Part shown: positions 31,969 to 45,991 of the stretch, piece after piece
Layout of the letters: each line of letters begins with the position of its first letter
How positions within the stretch are numbered: the first letter of the stretch is position 1
NCBI GenBank assembly: GCA_964188305.1
Contig: OZ076888.1
Length of the DNA: 64,000 bases
Origin: Podarcis bocagei
Lineage: Eukaryota
Direction: 5' to 3' (one strand)
The notes under the pieces: model-generated
The model's database searches: none
What the model was told of the DNA's origin: nothing
What the model saw: the letters and a program-made list of their open reading frames with translations, nothing else
Program-made: the position numbers and the translations under genes

Positions 31969-34900
31969 CTACAAGGAAACATGCATGTATGGTAAGTTCA
32001 GACCAAGAATTCTTGAAAGGTTAACAGCCCCCAGCCCCTTCAACAGGCACTTTGGGACCTCTTCACTAAAATGCTGAATCCAGCTACTTGTGTGAGCAGA
32101 GCCTCTGCACATGCAACAGAACTTCCTCTCCTTTTTCTCCCATCACCTGCATGCTCTCTGCTCTGGATCTGCTCTGGAGCTCCCCCCTACCCCATTTTGG
32201 GGAGCTGGCGAAGGGGGTGAAGAAAAAAAAGAAAGTTCTGTTATGCAAGTAGAAGTTGTTCCACTCATGCAATAACTTGGCTAGATTCAACCCAAACGTC
32301 TTTGGACATCTGTAGTCCTGGGCATTAACTGATCAGCATATTATCTGTTATGCACTTCAAGTTTCTGGGGTTAAGATACAAATGAAACTATGTAGCAATT
32401 TAGAGCAAACAGCTGATCAAGTTGTTATACCTCAAAAACACATGTAATCTGGGGTGTGGGTGTGTTTAAGTGTAATATGCAATACCATTAAGCCAAAAGG
32501 CTTACAATAAAAAGCTAATATCACACAAAGTTTATGCATAGCCTAGAAGACAAGATAGAATATTTTAAATGAAAGGAAGGCAATGTCTGGCTCTCCAAGT
32601 GTCGCTGAACTACAAATCCCATCAACCTTAGCCAGTTTACCCCAAGGACGATGGGAGTTGCAGTTCAGAAGCATTTGGAGAGCAACCCGTTAGCCACTCT
32701 GGTTTGAAACCATCTATAAAATAGCTGTGTTTTATTCCACAGTTCTCCAAGAAGTTCGTGGCAGCAGCACGCAGTGGGTTACCCATTTTATACTTGCATC
32801 AGTCATGTGCAACAGCTTAGGCTGAGCATGGATTTAAATCCAAGTACCCCTAATCTATGTCCAGAGCTCTACACCCCACCCCCAACCTCTCCCTCATCTG
32901 TTCTCCACCTCCAAAAAAGATCTTGTTTCTCTTCTGCATTAACTGAATAGGTCGAAAGAACCGGTTGTTCAGCCTCTGTCTTAGCAGAGCTGACAGTAAA
33001 CGACTTCTCTCCGGTCCCAACTTAATGACACTTCAAATATGCAGTTTCTGATATGGTACAGTTCTCTCCCGGAACTGTTCCTTCCCCAGACCCATACAGG
33101 AAATCGCTTGTTTCAAAGTGCCTCTATTTCAAAATCTCCCTGAACATGGAAAGCAAACCCATCTTGGAAGAGGCTGCCTTAGACGCCATCTCCCTGTTGG
33201 GTGTTTTCCACATGCAGAGAAATTTTGACAAGGAGGAGATCAAAAGACCAGTAGTTCCCCACCAACATTTTGGGTTGGTGTCGTCTCACATGAGGACTGA
33301 ACCATGCTTTTACCCAAAGCGGAGGGCTCCTTATGCCCCAAAGCTGCCCGCATTAAGGAAGAGGAGGAAGAAGGAACCAAGCCTCCAGTACCTCAGCCAC
33401 AGATACAGATCGAGGACATCATGAACAGCTTCAAGGTGCACAAGGTCCTTTATATTCTGGGGCGGGACTAGAGGCCAATTAACATGCCTGCACAGCCAGT
33501 CAAATGTCAGAGGTTCATTTCTGCTAAACTGCCGTGCAAACTAGAAAAGGAAAAAAGAAGCATTAAGCAATGAATATTTCCCCAGGAACAATACTGCCAT
33601 AGATCTCTCACACTGCCAAATGCCCTTTGCAGCAGCCTACTTTTTTTCTGCCAAACCCAGCCATGACAGTAGTTTATGATATAAACTTTCTACAATGCTT
33701 TGGATGCAAACACCCCCCCCCCCGAATTTCCCCCCATGTGTCTCAGAGCAGGCACTGGAAAAGGAGAGGCTGACGGCTGCAATGCTTCTGTAATCATGAA
33801 TAAGATACAGTTTTGCTGGCCTGTGAAATGTCCAGTAACTCCTCATGCTTTATGGAACAGGAGTAAAGGCTGGGGCAGTTCAGGTACACCAGCAGAAGCA
33901 ATCGGGTGCACCCACCACTGAGCACAAGCCAACCCAAATTTACCAGCATCTTGCTCCAACCCCTCACTGGATGTAACTGTGGCACCACTGCTGGCAGACC
34001 AGACAAATATCCATACAGCATTCTGATCACCACCATCTCAACTTGTCACTTGGGTCACCTAATTCTGATCATGCCCACAAATGGATGAAGAGACTGGCAC
34101 CAACGTAGTACAACACGGACTACTCCCACAAAAATGCACGCTGATGCACACACACAGGAGAGGCAGGTCACTTACCTTCAACAGCGAAGTGCAGACGTAT
34201 GGCTGCTTCTTGTTGATGGGTGCTGTGCAGAACACGTATCTGGCTCTCAGGTTCAGTGGAATGTGCTGAATCATGTCAGCTAGAAATTTGAAGTCATCAA
34301 CATTGCACACAAAGTAGAGGCCATCAACTTGAGAGAGGCTCACAAAAATATCCTGTTTTAAATAAAGATAAAGATTCTCTTAGTTAGACGAAGCCCTGAC
34401 TATCCCCATGGAAATCTATCAATATTCACACAAGGAAACTAGCAATTTCCTGCAGCAGCTCTGCAGTCAATGAGGCAAGTCCTTCTTAAGACTTGAAAAG
34501 GGAAAGGGAAAGCTATCAACTGCAGAAGCAAACACTGCAAAGATAGCCTGTCTGTGCAGATTAGACGCTGGTAAACAGCTCCTCAAAATCCTAACTAGCA
34601 TTCTCTAGCTAGGCTAATGAAGCTTAAACTGTTGTTCACAGAAATGTTAAAACTTAACAGGTTTCCTGATTCTTACAAGTAGATTTGATAGAGTGGCATC
34701 TGGAAGATGATATGCAAACATCTCAATTTGGTCAGCGGTAGGATGCAAGCCAGCAGTCTGGGTGAAAAAAAGAGGTGGGGAGAAAAGGGTCTCATTATTA
34801 CAAGAATTAAACTTTCCTAAATTTATTTTATCTGACTATCAGAACAAGCATCTCTAAACAACAAGGTGGCCCAGTCAGCTTATGCCCTATGCAACATTTA

Positions 34901-37900
34901 CTGCACTAATATTAATGTAACTAAGCTACTTAGCTAAAAAATTCCAGAGAACCAGCTCATACATTATCATCTTCATTTGATTAAGCAGCAGTAAGTCCCA
35001 TGAGCAGGGATTTCCTCATTTCCAAAGAAGAGGAGGAGGAGGAGGAGGAGGAGTTTGGATTTGATATCCCGCTTTATCACTACCCGAAGGAGTCTCAAAG
35101 CGGCTAACATTCTCCTTTCCCTTCCTCCCCCACAACAAACACTCTGTGAGGTGAGTGAGGCTGAGAGACTTCAAAGAAGTGTGAATAGGTCACCCAGCAG
35201 CTGCATGTGGAGGAGCAGAGACACGAACCCGGTTCACCAGATTACGAGTCTACTGCTCTTAACCACTACACCACACTGGCTGAAAGTGTTCTGCTAGTAA
35301 ATGTTGCTAATGATCACCACCAAAAGTGATGGAAATTTATTTTCTTTTTCTGTATGGTGTGTTAATGTGAATGGTAACAATAAAATTTAATTTAAAAAAA
35401 TGTTGCTAATGCTCATACAAGTACAGTGGTACCTTAGGTTACATACGCTTCAGGTTACATACGCTTCAGGTTACAGACTCCGCTAACCCAGAAATAGTAC
35501 CTCGGGTTAAGAACTTTGCTTCAGGATGAGAACAGAAATCGTGCTCCGGCGGCGCAGCAGCAGTTGGAGGCCCCATTAGCTAAAGTGGTGCTTTAGGTTA
35601 AGAACAGTTTCAAGTTAAGAATGGACCTCTGGAATGAATTAAGTACTTAACCCAAGGTACCACTGTACTTATATTCCAGGTCATGTCAATTGCTTGAATT
35701 GTTACTTGCACAAATAAGTTGGCAGGGTGTGGGGAGAGATGGCTCAGTGGTAAAAGGCCCCCAATTCACTCCCCAGTTAAAAGCTGTATGCAACACATGA
35801 TGGGAAGATGCCTCTCAGAGGTTCTGGAGAATAGCTGCAAGTCAGATTAATACGATACTGAGCTAGAAAAACAAAACATTTTGACCCCGTAGAAGCTTCC
35901 TATGACTGATCAACTCGTTTTAAGATGCTCCAATGCTGCTCTACTATCAGACAGCTGAAAAATGCACCAACAATATGATGATGTTGTTGATAACAATATC
36001 CTACCACTATGGGATCCACTGATTTATTCAAGATTTCCTTTAACAAAGGAAGGTCATCTCGATGCATGGTGGTGACTTCCCCTTCTCCAAATACAGTGCT
36101 AAATCTTCCCGCTCTGCCTGAGATTTGCAGAGCTTGAGATGTTGTAATTGTATCCATTTCCTTCTCACCCTTCTCATTGATAGTAGGCTTAATGAGGGAG
36201 TTAAAAATGATTCTTTTTATGCTCCTAGAACAAAAGCATAGATAGTGGATTAACACTGTAGTCGGAACAAAGAGCTATAATTTGTAATTCTCAAAACGTG
36301 AACCTTGTCAATACAATGCAGGATTTCACCACAAACCCAAAGGTTTGTCAGGAAAAGGTGTCAGACAGATGACTCCGAACACAGATATCTCCACAGTCTC
36401 AGGTTTGCCACATAGTAGTGGGTGACTGCTAGATGTCCAATGTCCATTCTTGAACAAACATTCTACCCCTATACATCTAAGCTCACTAGGCCCAGTGCAA
36501 TGCAACTCCCAGTGAATGCACCAACCCTATCCAACTTTTGATGGCGTTCCATCTTCCACACTGCTGGAAAGGTACAAGAGATATGATGACGCTCAATGCC
36601 ACACAGAAAGGCTCTTATGAACAGCTTAGTTATCTAGATCATCATCTAATGTCTCTGCACTGGAAGCAGCAGTAATGGGACAAAAATGGTTAGAAATCCT
36701 GCTCCAGTCGGGTTAAATTAAGAAACCAGTACTTGCCTGTACACAAGAGCCACAGGAGATATGTAACACTGAGATATGGTTTTGGAAAAAGCCAAGAACC
36801 AACACATTTAACTCATTCTGATAGAATCTGCAATCCACCCAGGATACTTACAAATTGAGTCCCATTCCAATTGCATCTGTAGCAACCATGATTTTACACG
36901 GATCATCGGGATCGTTGAATTTCCTTGCCTGTGTAAGTTTTGTCCCTGAAACAATTACAAGTGTAGACTATGTTGCAATTTACATTTATGGTTTTTAGTT
37001 TGGTTTGAAATAAACCAAATATTGTCAATACTTTAAAATTACCATTCCACAATGGTGTTTTGCAGGTGACAGTGAAAAATGTTAATACTCTGAACTGCTT
37101 AGTGGCAGTTCAGGTATGTCAGTGGCCCACTGAGATTACCTTGGAAGCAGGCATGGGCTCACATGAAAGCACTATTTGCATGAGCTGGTATCTCCATGTG
37201 GAGCAGCGTATATGTGGCCATATAAGCTTCTGGTGACATCAGAACCTTAAGTTGCCAGTATTGCCCAAGCTTCTGGTGCCATGCACATTCCATCCCACCC
37301 TGGCAACTCTGCCTACTTCCAAGATGACTGTGTAGGCCCCTCTGACATGACTGAACCAGCTCCTAAGACAGTATCATCACTGCTTTCCCCTCTTCCTGTG
37401 TGTCAGGCAACTTGCAAGTTTTCACTCATGCTGCCCACACCCAACGTGAAGTGTCTGTACACTGCTAGGAATCTGTCAGGATAAAGGGCTGTTTAGAAAT
37501 TCTTGAAATAAAGAAATAATAAGTGGCCATGGAGAAGAAGGGAGACTTCAGGAAATGCAAACCGTACATGGAAATGCAATCAGTACAGAACTAAAAACTA
37601 GATTGAGCTGTGTATGATTAAAGCTGTATGGGCAGATCTATCCCCTGTATAGTTTATGGTAATCAAGGCCATCCCTGCTAAGAATATGTGAACCAGACAA
37701 GTACTAGATGAACAAGTTAACATTTTCCAAGACAAGGTGCCAAAGAAAGAAATGCACATTTAAAAACACAGCATACTATAAATTCTGGACAGCTGCTTGT
37801 TCACTGTGCATTTGGACTCCTCTTAAAATATCATAACCAAATTTTGCATGATGGTTCCCAAGATCAAGGAACAGTTTTTTCCTTTGTTTAGATACAACTG

Positions 37901-40900
37901 GATGCCATGTTGAATCAAGGTAAGAGGACTGAACCTGCACTGATTTTAACTACTGATTCCAAAACTGCACTGTTTCTTGGGGTTTCTCAGAATTCTTTGG
38001 TATGATGTTGCAAGTACTTCAATATTCAAATATTAAACAGAAATTTCCTAATTATTCACATAGCATTCACACCTCCCAACTCCCCCAACATATATCAAAG
38101 AGTAATTACCAGGTGGCAGACTTCCATATATGACAGCACATTCTAGGCCCCGGGTTTCAATTTGCCGGCTCACTGAATAAATATCATTCTTACTGAAACA
38201 GACAATACAGTCTCCAGGGCGAAGGTTATCTAGAGATTCAAGGGCCTGATCCAGGACTTTTAGAGGGGTGAGTCTCTTGTAGTTTCTCACCTGGAGAGAA
38301 AAAGCATCATTTACCCTTGCAACCATCACAGAATGGCAGTCAATAAGAGACATGGGTAGCAATCAGGTAAACTACACTGGCACACACAAGGGGTTGGTTG
38401 CAGTGGAAGCATAATATATAACAACCAGCTGGCATAGAAGCAGTTCATCAGTAGGAGGTGTCTGATGGAGGTGGGTTTTTTGGCAAAGCTGATGGAATGA
38501 GCCCTGCTTCTCATTTCTCCCACTGAGACAGTTAAGGGAGAAGAGGCCTGGTGGATAATCTTGCTAATGCCAGAAACATATTAACAGCTTCACAACTGAT
38601 GCACTGATTTTAATGCACAGGCTCTAGTGAGTATTTTTAAGAAAGGGAGCTTTAAAAATCGGAGTATGTAGCTATAGAGATAGATATGGACAATGCCTAC
38701 CTCAACCTCCTCCCCTGTAGTATACATGAGCTCTGTCACCAAGTTAATAGCAGCAGCCTCACCACAAACATGGATTTCTTCTGCACAGAGTCCTAAATAT
38801 AAAATGCACATAAGAAAGGAGGACTGTAAAAGCAGTTTACATGGATCACACATACTGAAAACAGACATATGGTCTGCATTGCTACTATAAGGCTATCATA
38901 ATCAAATGTTTTGCTTGCAGACGTTTGTAGCTAGCAAAGCCCAGTAAGACTTGCCCAGTTCATGAATCTGAATAACCACCTCATTTAAATGTTATGCTGG
39001 TTCTGTGGAGCCACTTGTTCAAAACTATAATATCAAGGAGAATAACTGACCCCACCCTAATATCCAGCTCAAGTTACACACTTCGCTGGGAAGACAGTGG
39101 AATTTACTTCTGAGTAAACCATGCCAAAATTTGGACAGTATTTCATTGTCTGACAACTACCCAAGATGGAAGCAAGTGCTAGGATCAAAACAATTGCAAC
39201 TGGTTCTGCACACCCTTTTTTTCAACCCCTCAAGTCACATAGTGAACTGACTTTGAAACAGAGGGGACTTGGCTTTGTATAATGGTCTGCTAAGGATGTG
39301 CCTTAAGTGGTTCTTTGGATCCCGGCCATCACTATCCCACCACGCAGGATGGAAATAAAGCTATTCAAAATGCACGTTACAAATTTAGTAGACTGGCTAT
39401 TTTTATTTTAAATCTAAATAAAATTGGATACAGTTCAATGTGTCAGTACACCATACTCATACATAGGACAGGTTCAACTAACATTCCTGAGCAGACTTCA
39501 TCCCCAAGTACTCTGGATATATTATTGGAGTACAACTTCCACTAGCTCCAGCCAACATGGCAAATGGTCAGAGAAACAGTTCAGAACTGGAGGGCACCAG
39601 CTTGGGGAAGGAAGGCTGTTCTGGAGCCCTGCACTACACTGTCCATGTGAAAGAGAAGTCGCAAATCAGTAGCTAAAGGTAATTTGTTTTACTAACATGA
39701 AACCTGCAGAAAACATACCCAAGAGTGCTCGCGTCCAGGCCCACCCTCTGGAAGGATCTTTAATCATCTGGATTTCATCAATCACAGCTACTTCATCTTA
39801 AAAATACAAAAAATGATGGTATGTGGTAAAAGGGACTGGAAAAACAAACTTTAAGAGGTAAAAGACAGAAGAAAAATAGCAATTTCAATTATGAATTCTT
39901 TAAACAGTTTTTACAAAGTTTTAAGAATGGTTTCTACATTGTCATTTATTTGGCCTGTTAATCTGTTATAACAGAAGAAATTCTAAATTGAAATATATCA
40001 GAACACTAGAGGCAAATTTATAAAACTAGAACATGATATGCTTCAATACCCGTGAAGAACACACACAAAAAAGAAAGACGTTTACATACAGGGTGTAGTG
40101 ACGCTGCACATCTCAATAGTGCAAGCAACATGGGCAGCCTGCCTGCCTTCAGGATCAACGCAAACACGTTCTTCTCCGGTTACCAAATCACATGGCACGT
40201 TCTGTAAGGTTTAAAGAGAGAGAGGATACAGGTGGTTTTTCTAGGAAGAGAAATCCAACCTAAGCTCCCAAAGGATACTACTGTACACTGAAATATGAAA
40301 ACAGACATCATACAGCCCAATAAAGCATCTTGTGCAGAAATAAAAATCTTAGAAAACAAATCCCGAGCACCCCCACTTTTGTTTTAAACAAGAGCTACTA
40401 AAAAAATGGATGCAAATAGAGGAAGAGGGTAGATGGGAAGAGAGTCCCTCCAAAGCAAGGAAGGAGGAACCAAGCAAAAGTTCTTGAAGGAGGCCTCTAG
40501 CAGCCAGAGTTAACCACCCCTCCCACACTGTCACTCTCCAGCCCACCATCTTAGGATTCCCAGTTTTGATTCAGAGAAAGGCAAACTCTCCACAGGCAGC
40601 TTGGAATAGACATACTTTTCATGAGAGTATATTCTAAGAAATAGTACCTGTGGATTTAACAGACACATTTAATTTGTTTAAGTTCTAGAAGCTGAGAACT
40701 GCCTACAGCAATTGGCAGCAAGTCACGAGGGTGGCAGACGGCAGCCTTTCCCAGCCCTCCCTTGAGATGCCAGGGGTCAAACCTGGGATATTCTGCAAGC
40801 AAGCCTTGTGCTTGACCAAAGAGCTATAGCCCTTTCAGTCTCCGAAACAACTACAGTACAAAAAAAAAAGTTTCCTATCTAGCCATCATGGATAAAGACA

Positions 40901-43900
40901 TAAATATGATGGCAAATAAATCTGTATGGGTGGAGAAGGTTGCAATGGTTGTGAACCTGTAATGTTAACTGGTGCAGTAGTGTGACTGAATGCTGCTGCC
41001 TTCAATGCATTTGGTTTAGGGTGTGCTGAGCCTTACAGTACAGGCTTTGAACAGCTCATAACTGTTTTGGCTTCCTTTAACTGAGATTGTTGCAGAAAGC
41101 ACATACTCAAATATGACAGAGGTACTCATTCAGCAGCCGCAAGATCTGGATTCTGCTGCCTCGGCTACAGATATTGTTTACTCATTTGACAGCTACAGAA
41201 CTCCAGAAGTTACTAATGCCTCAAGCAAAAAAGGGTAGTCAATGCAGCATAACAAAAATGATCACAAGATAGCTACTTTTACTAATATAGCTGTACTTGC
41301 ACTTATTCTTTCTTTTACCTCTTCCTTTCTTCTCTCCCCTTCCTATTGTGCACACCCACTGTCAAAATATAATTATGCGCTTATTGGGGTACTTGTTTTG
41401 TTTTTTGCTTATGCGACTGTGAAAAATATTGCGTACACTGACAATACTATATCATGAATCATCACCACAGACTAACAGTCACAGAAGCATGGAAACACAT
41501 TTAACATACTGACAGCATCGTTACTCTTCTGGAAGATCTCATGTGCCAGAAGCTTCAAAGGGCCACAGTATATTCCTGATTTTGCTGCTAAATATCTCTG
41601 GATTGCATGGTAGGTTTTTCCACTGTTTGTAGGACCAGCATGAAATACAATTTTTCTTTGGATAGCTCTGGCGTCCTGATACCTATAACAATACATAGAG
41701 AAATGCATAGTTGAGCCTGGCAGTCTGTTTGTTTAAACACCACCTCACTTTGTAGTACATAAATAAACTAAAAACTAAATACACCTTTAGATATGTTGAT
41801 TTCAAACCATGTAATCTCACACCTCAATTTCTGTGATTTTTGATAACATTTTTTCAATTAAAGAAAAACACTCAAAAGTAACACAAGACGCTGATGACAA
41901 CTTCAGTGAGAATAACTGCCATGATAGGGACATAAAATGCACATTGTCCCAGGACTCACATTGGTATTATGATAAGGAAGACATATAAGTGATTTCAAAA
42001 AGCTAACCAGTTGGGTGGCAATCTCAAATCACTGATTTTACGCAGATCATCCATACACTCCAGCATAGGAAAAATCTGCTTAGCATGTCTCATGAAAAAT
42101 GGAAACAGATCATCAACGTGCCCTAGAAGGAAGGAGAAAGGTATATTAAAACCAACAAGTAGTAAACCATCACCCAGTGATGTACAGTATTCAGAATAAT
42201 TATAATATTGCTAAGTCTGGTGATATAAATAATGTCAGTGGACAATTCTAAGAACCCTATTAACTGTGAATAACTTCTAAATTACAAGAAAACCCAAGTA
42301 CTCAGAATTAAACTTAAGACATTTGGCATCATTTCACAATATAATTTTTTAATCGTCTTTTGGGGACTAAATAATTTCTAATATACTTTGAGAATTTACA
42401 TATACTTTTCTGTATTACAGGCCCATTTGCAGCAGCTCTTCTCTAGTACTGCAGTAAACAAACAACTTCAATCATGGCCTCAAGAATCAAAAGCTCATAT
42501 GCCTTGTTTTAAATTAAGAAGCGCCATCAAAAGGTTTCCATGAGATTTGGGTTGGAGTTCTGCTCTCCCCATGCAGAGGGATTCCATGTCCCATGTGGAC
42601 ATGGAAGAGAGCCAGGAGGGAAGCAGAAGGAAGGAGCAGCCTGGAGCAGCCTTCTCTGCCTCCCTTCTCAGTGCTCTCTGGGTGCCCAGTTTCCTAGTCT
42701 CTGTTCCTTTGCAAGAAGCAGGGAGACTCCAAGGTGCTCCCATTAGCATGTTGTACTCTGTTCCTTGTACAGGACCTGCAAATCTGAATGTCCTAAAGGG
42801 CCCCTGGGTTGCTTTGCCATGGCCTGTGAAACAGCTGAATGCAGGCTAATCAGGAGCATCCACACCTTGCCCTCTGTGTAAAGGGGAGGATTATACTCTT
42901 GGCATTTCCATTTGCTGTATTAGGGTCAACTCTAATGAACTCAGTGTAGTGAACTGGTACCAGAAATAAGAGCAAATACAAAGTATAATTTTCACTCTTT
43001 GTTGTCCCTACTATAATCTTCTAACATTCTCATTACAGTATTAACTTATTAAGGTTGTTGATGTGCACAGCAGACACAAGTACACACTTGTGCCCATTCA
43101 TTTAAGTAGAGATATAAGCTCTAAAACAGAAACAAGCTGAATAAATGGATAAAAACCAGATGTTAAAATGTCAACAGTCAGAAGCCAGCAAGGAGTCTAA
43201 GGTGACATACTTCAAGGAAAAGGGTTCAAAATGAGGCTTCAGCATGAAGTTGCTCAGTTGGAATTTATTTGAAGATTTAACACATACTCTTTATTTTGCT
43301 TTGTCGATTCATCATTACCTGGGAACTGGGTACACCCACTCTTGGATCTTTCACTTGTTTGTATCTGTGTTCTACACAGTAATGCAGTCACACTTCTGTC
43401 TTGGCAATGTACCAGTATCTGATGTTTAAACAACAGCACTTAATACCTCTGTCACATATTCAACAAAGGGTTGCCTAAGGGCATTTACTGGTTCACAGCA
43501 CTCACTCCCATCTCTCACTCCTAGCCATTATGACACACTGGCAAATATTATAATCTAACCCATTAAGTTCCTTATTTCTAAGGGTAAAGCAAATTTTATT
43601 TACCCATAAGTTTATCACCCACAACATTTAAGCAAGTGTCTTTTTTAAGAAGAATGATTGAGGAGGGGGAAATAATGTTGAATATACTTACCAGCACCAC
43701 AGCATATATCATTTAGGAGAATGTGCACATCAGGACCCAAGAAACTTGATTCCATTATGTATTTCCTAAAGCTTATAAATGCTTGATGAAACAGACGAGC
43801 TATAAAGGGGAGGGGAAAATACACACAAGCAAGTTCAGTATTGCACACAAAACTCCACTTCCTACAAACTGGACCAGAGATATAATGACAAAACAAGATT

Positions 43901-45991
43901 TTTAGCTTGAAAACTAAAGAGTGTTTTGTTTTCAGTAGGATTATACCCATGCATGTGGTCACTGAAACACTCAATACATTTCAAATCATGTTAAGATACC
44001 TGACAATCCCCATGTAACCCTGCAATGCTTCCCACACTATTCTAGAATGTCTCCAACTTTCAGAAGCTGTTCAATGAGACAAGGGAAAGGGGTGATCAGC
44101 TAAAATCTGCCTATTCTACTTCCATTAACTCCTGGATGAACTAAAGTTTTTAATTGTAACTGTTTCTAAAATGTTTTAATTGTAACTGTATTTATAAACC
44201 TGTTTTGGAGTGCTTTACAAAAAGTGAATGTGTTTGCTGCCCGGGCTCTTTTGGGAGGATATAAATTAAAATAATAATAATAATAATAACAACACACTAT
44301 TTTATTAAGCACTGACCTAAGCAGTCAGTTTTAGAAGTAGAATTAGAAAAACTTAAGAATCAAAAAAAGATTAAGTCCAGATATGAGCTTCTCATAAAGC
44401 ATGTAGAAACATCCAATATTCTATTATCCCTAGAACCACATGTTGCATACCATCTAGTCCATTTTCTGCCCCCAGTCTTTGTACTTCTTTTCTCTTGTAA
44501 AATTTATTTAATACTTTCAGGACTTCACCTAGAAGACAAAATACAGATACTGTCAAGCTAACTGGAATGGCAAATTACTTGTGCAAAAAAAATACTTTAT
44601 ACCCTTCAAGCATTTAATCAAGAAAGGGTTATACACCGAAAGAAAAAGTAGTCACAAAAAACATATTGTAAAATCCACCTTCTATAAATCTGCTATGGAG
44701 ACTAACAATCTTAACAACAGTTACCTTTATGGTAACTTTACAATTGCCATCTGATCAGGGATGGTCAATTTCTGTTCTCCAAACTGTGATAGGCAACTGA
44801 GGGGAGGGCCTGATACCTCATGGATGGTCAGGTTGTACAATAAATTCTGCATGATCTAAAGTGCATCACAGATTATAAGAGGTCGTTCGCAGACATAGGG
44901 GTGGAATAAACGGATGTCTTGATCGATCCCCGCAAGAGATCTGTGGCCCATTCATTTCCCAGAAACTAGCAGAGGCCATAATATGGCAAAATGCACATGG
45001 GGTCTCCAATATTGCTTCTTTTCTACACAGTACACTCGCAACATACACCCATTTAACTTGTGCACACTCAGCTTTACGTGCCTGGCAAAAAAAATTTTTT
45101 TAATGATGGGTATCAGGGGGAGGGAACCTTTGGCAATCCCCCACCAACACCACAAGTGCATCCCAATTTGTTTGGACTACTGTACAGTGGTACCTCAGGT
45201 TAAATACATAACTCGTTCCTGAGGTCCGTTCTTAACCTGAAACTGTTCTTAACCTGAAGCATCACTTTAGCTAATGGGGGCCTCCTGCTGCCGCCGCGCC
45301 ACCGGAGCATGATTTCTGTTCTCATCCTGAAGCAAAGTTCTTAACCTGAGGTACTATTTCTGGGTTAGCAGAGTCTGTAACCTGAAGCGTATGTAACCCG
45401 AGGTACCACTGTATAGGCAATTTTGGCTTTAGGCACTATCCTCGGAACGTAACTCTCACGGGCTTACTATGCAAGTTGAGGCTTCCCCCTCACGCACTAC
45501 CTCAATGTATATTTGGAAGGGCTACTAAAGGACAGGTAAAATTGCCCTTGTGGGACAGGTGCGACTCGCAAATTGCCCGCTGCCCACACCTGTTTGGATG
45601 ACAGAAAAATCCAGGAAACGGGCAAGGAAAGAGCACTCCCGTTACCCCCTAACCGACCGCGCACGGTTGGCTTTCTAAACCCACAGGGCCCGCCTGTCCT
45701 TCCGCTCCACCCCCGGCGCCGCCACTTACTCTTGTTGAGCGGGCGCGTGAGCTCGGCTCCAACGTCCCCCTCCGGGCCAGGCGACGAAGGGGACACGGGC
45801 AGAGGCACGAACAAGGAAGTGTCCGGGGCTTTGGCGCCCGCGCCGTTGCCTCCCCCGTCGGAGAAGAAACCCGCTGCTGGGGCTGCCCGGCTGGGCCCAC
45901 CGCGCCGGCTCCGGAGAGCAAAGAGGCCGCCATAGCGGAGCGGGGCAGCCGGCAGCCGACAGAGCAGCCTCGCGCACCGGCTCACGGACAT
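31506..45991 (-). CDS. SUPV3L1: ATP-dependent RNA helicase SUPV3L1 (Suv3), mitochondrial; complete spliced CDS (15 exons, 792 aa)
   Basis: Exons 45991-45730, 44528-44451, 43799-43692, 42122-42008, 41682-41514, 40201-40090, 39796-39719, 38792-38701, 38290-38110, 36945-36852, 36224-36005, 34757-34677, 34352-34176, 33540-33392, 31968-31506 = 2379 nt. Walker [13 protein letters not shown] motif [10 protein letters not shown] motif VI, Arg-rich presequence-like N-terminus. Confidence 0.97.
33392..33540 (-). CDS. SUPV3L1: SUPV3L1 exon 14 (149 nt)
   Basis: [23 protein letters not shown]...[14 protein letters not shown]. Confidence 0.95.
34176..34352 (-). CDS. SUPV3L1: SUPV3L1 exon 13 (177 nt)
   Basis: [17 protein letters not shown]...[22 protein letters not shown]. 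Confidence 0.95.
34677..34757 (-). CDS. SUPV3L1: SUPV3L1 exon 12 (81 nt)
   Basis: [27 protein letters not shown]. Confidence 0.94.
35027..35281 (-). mobile_element. Squam3-like SINE
   Basis: Reverse complement of the 24293-24546 element with a small internal deletion and (CTC)n tail. Confidence 0.85.
35424..35665 (+). mobile_element. Tigger/pogo-type MITE
   Basis: TA|CAGTGGTACCT...AGGTACCACTG|TA; internal 16-bp tandem duplication. Confidence 0.9.
36005..36224 (-). CDS. SUPV3L1: SUPV3L1 exon 11 (220 nt)
   Basis: [13 protein letters not shown]...QISGRAGRF...VDPIV. Confidence 0.95.
36852..36945 (-). CDS. SUPV3L1: SUPV3L1 exon 10 (94 nt)
   Basis: [32 protein letters not shown]. Confidence 0.95.
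38110..38290 (-). CDS. SUPV3L1: SUPV3L1 exon 9 (181 nt)
   Basis: [10 protein letters not shown]...[10 protein letters not shown]...VIYGSLPP. Confidence 0.95.
38701..38792 (-). CDS. SUPV3L1: SUPV3L1 exon 8 (92 nt)
   Basis: [30 protein letters not shown]. Confidence 0.95.
39719..39796 (-). CDS. SUPV3L1: SUPV3L1 exon 7 (78 nt)
   Basis: [27 protein letters not shown]. Confidence 0.95.
40090..40201 (-). CDS. SUPV3L1: SUPV3L1 exon 6 (112 nt)
   Basis: [13 protein letters not shown]...[14 protein letters not shown]. Confidence 0.95.
41514..41682 (-). CDS. SUPV3L1: SUPV3L1 exon 5 (169 nt)
   Basis: [26 protein letters not shown]...KSNDA. Confidence 0.95.
42008..42122 (-). CDS. SUPV3L1: SUPV3L1 exon 4 (115 nt)
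   Basis: [38 protein letters not shown]. Confidence 0.95.
43692..43799 (-). CDS. SUPV3L1: SUPV3L1 exon 3 (108 nt)
   Basis: [17 protein letters not shown]...LNDICCGA. Confidence 0.95.
44451..44528 (-). CDS. SUPV3L1: SUPV3L1 exon 2 (78 nt)
   Basis: [25 protein letters not shown]. Confidence 0.93.
45185..45411 (-). mobile_element. Tigger/pogo-type MITE (same family, opposite orientation)
   Basis: TA|CAGTGGTACCTC...GAGGTACCACTG|TA; reverse complement aligns along the full length to 35424-35665. Confidence 0.9.

Noticed and set aside
45573-45935. Antisense 120-aa ORF at SUPV3L1 exon 1
   Set aside because: Non-ATG start; shadow of a GC-rich coding exon.
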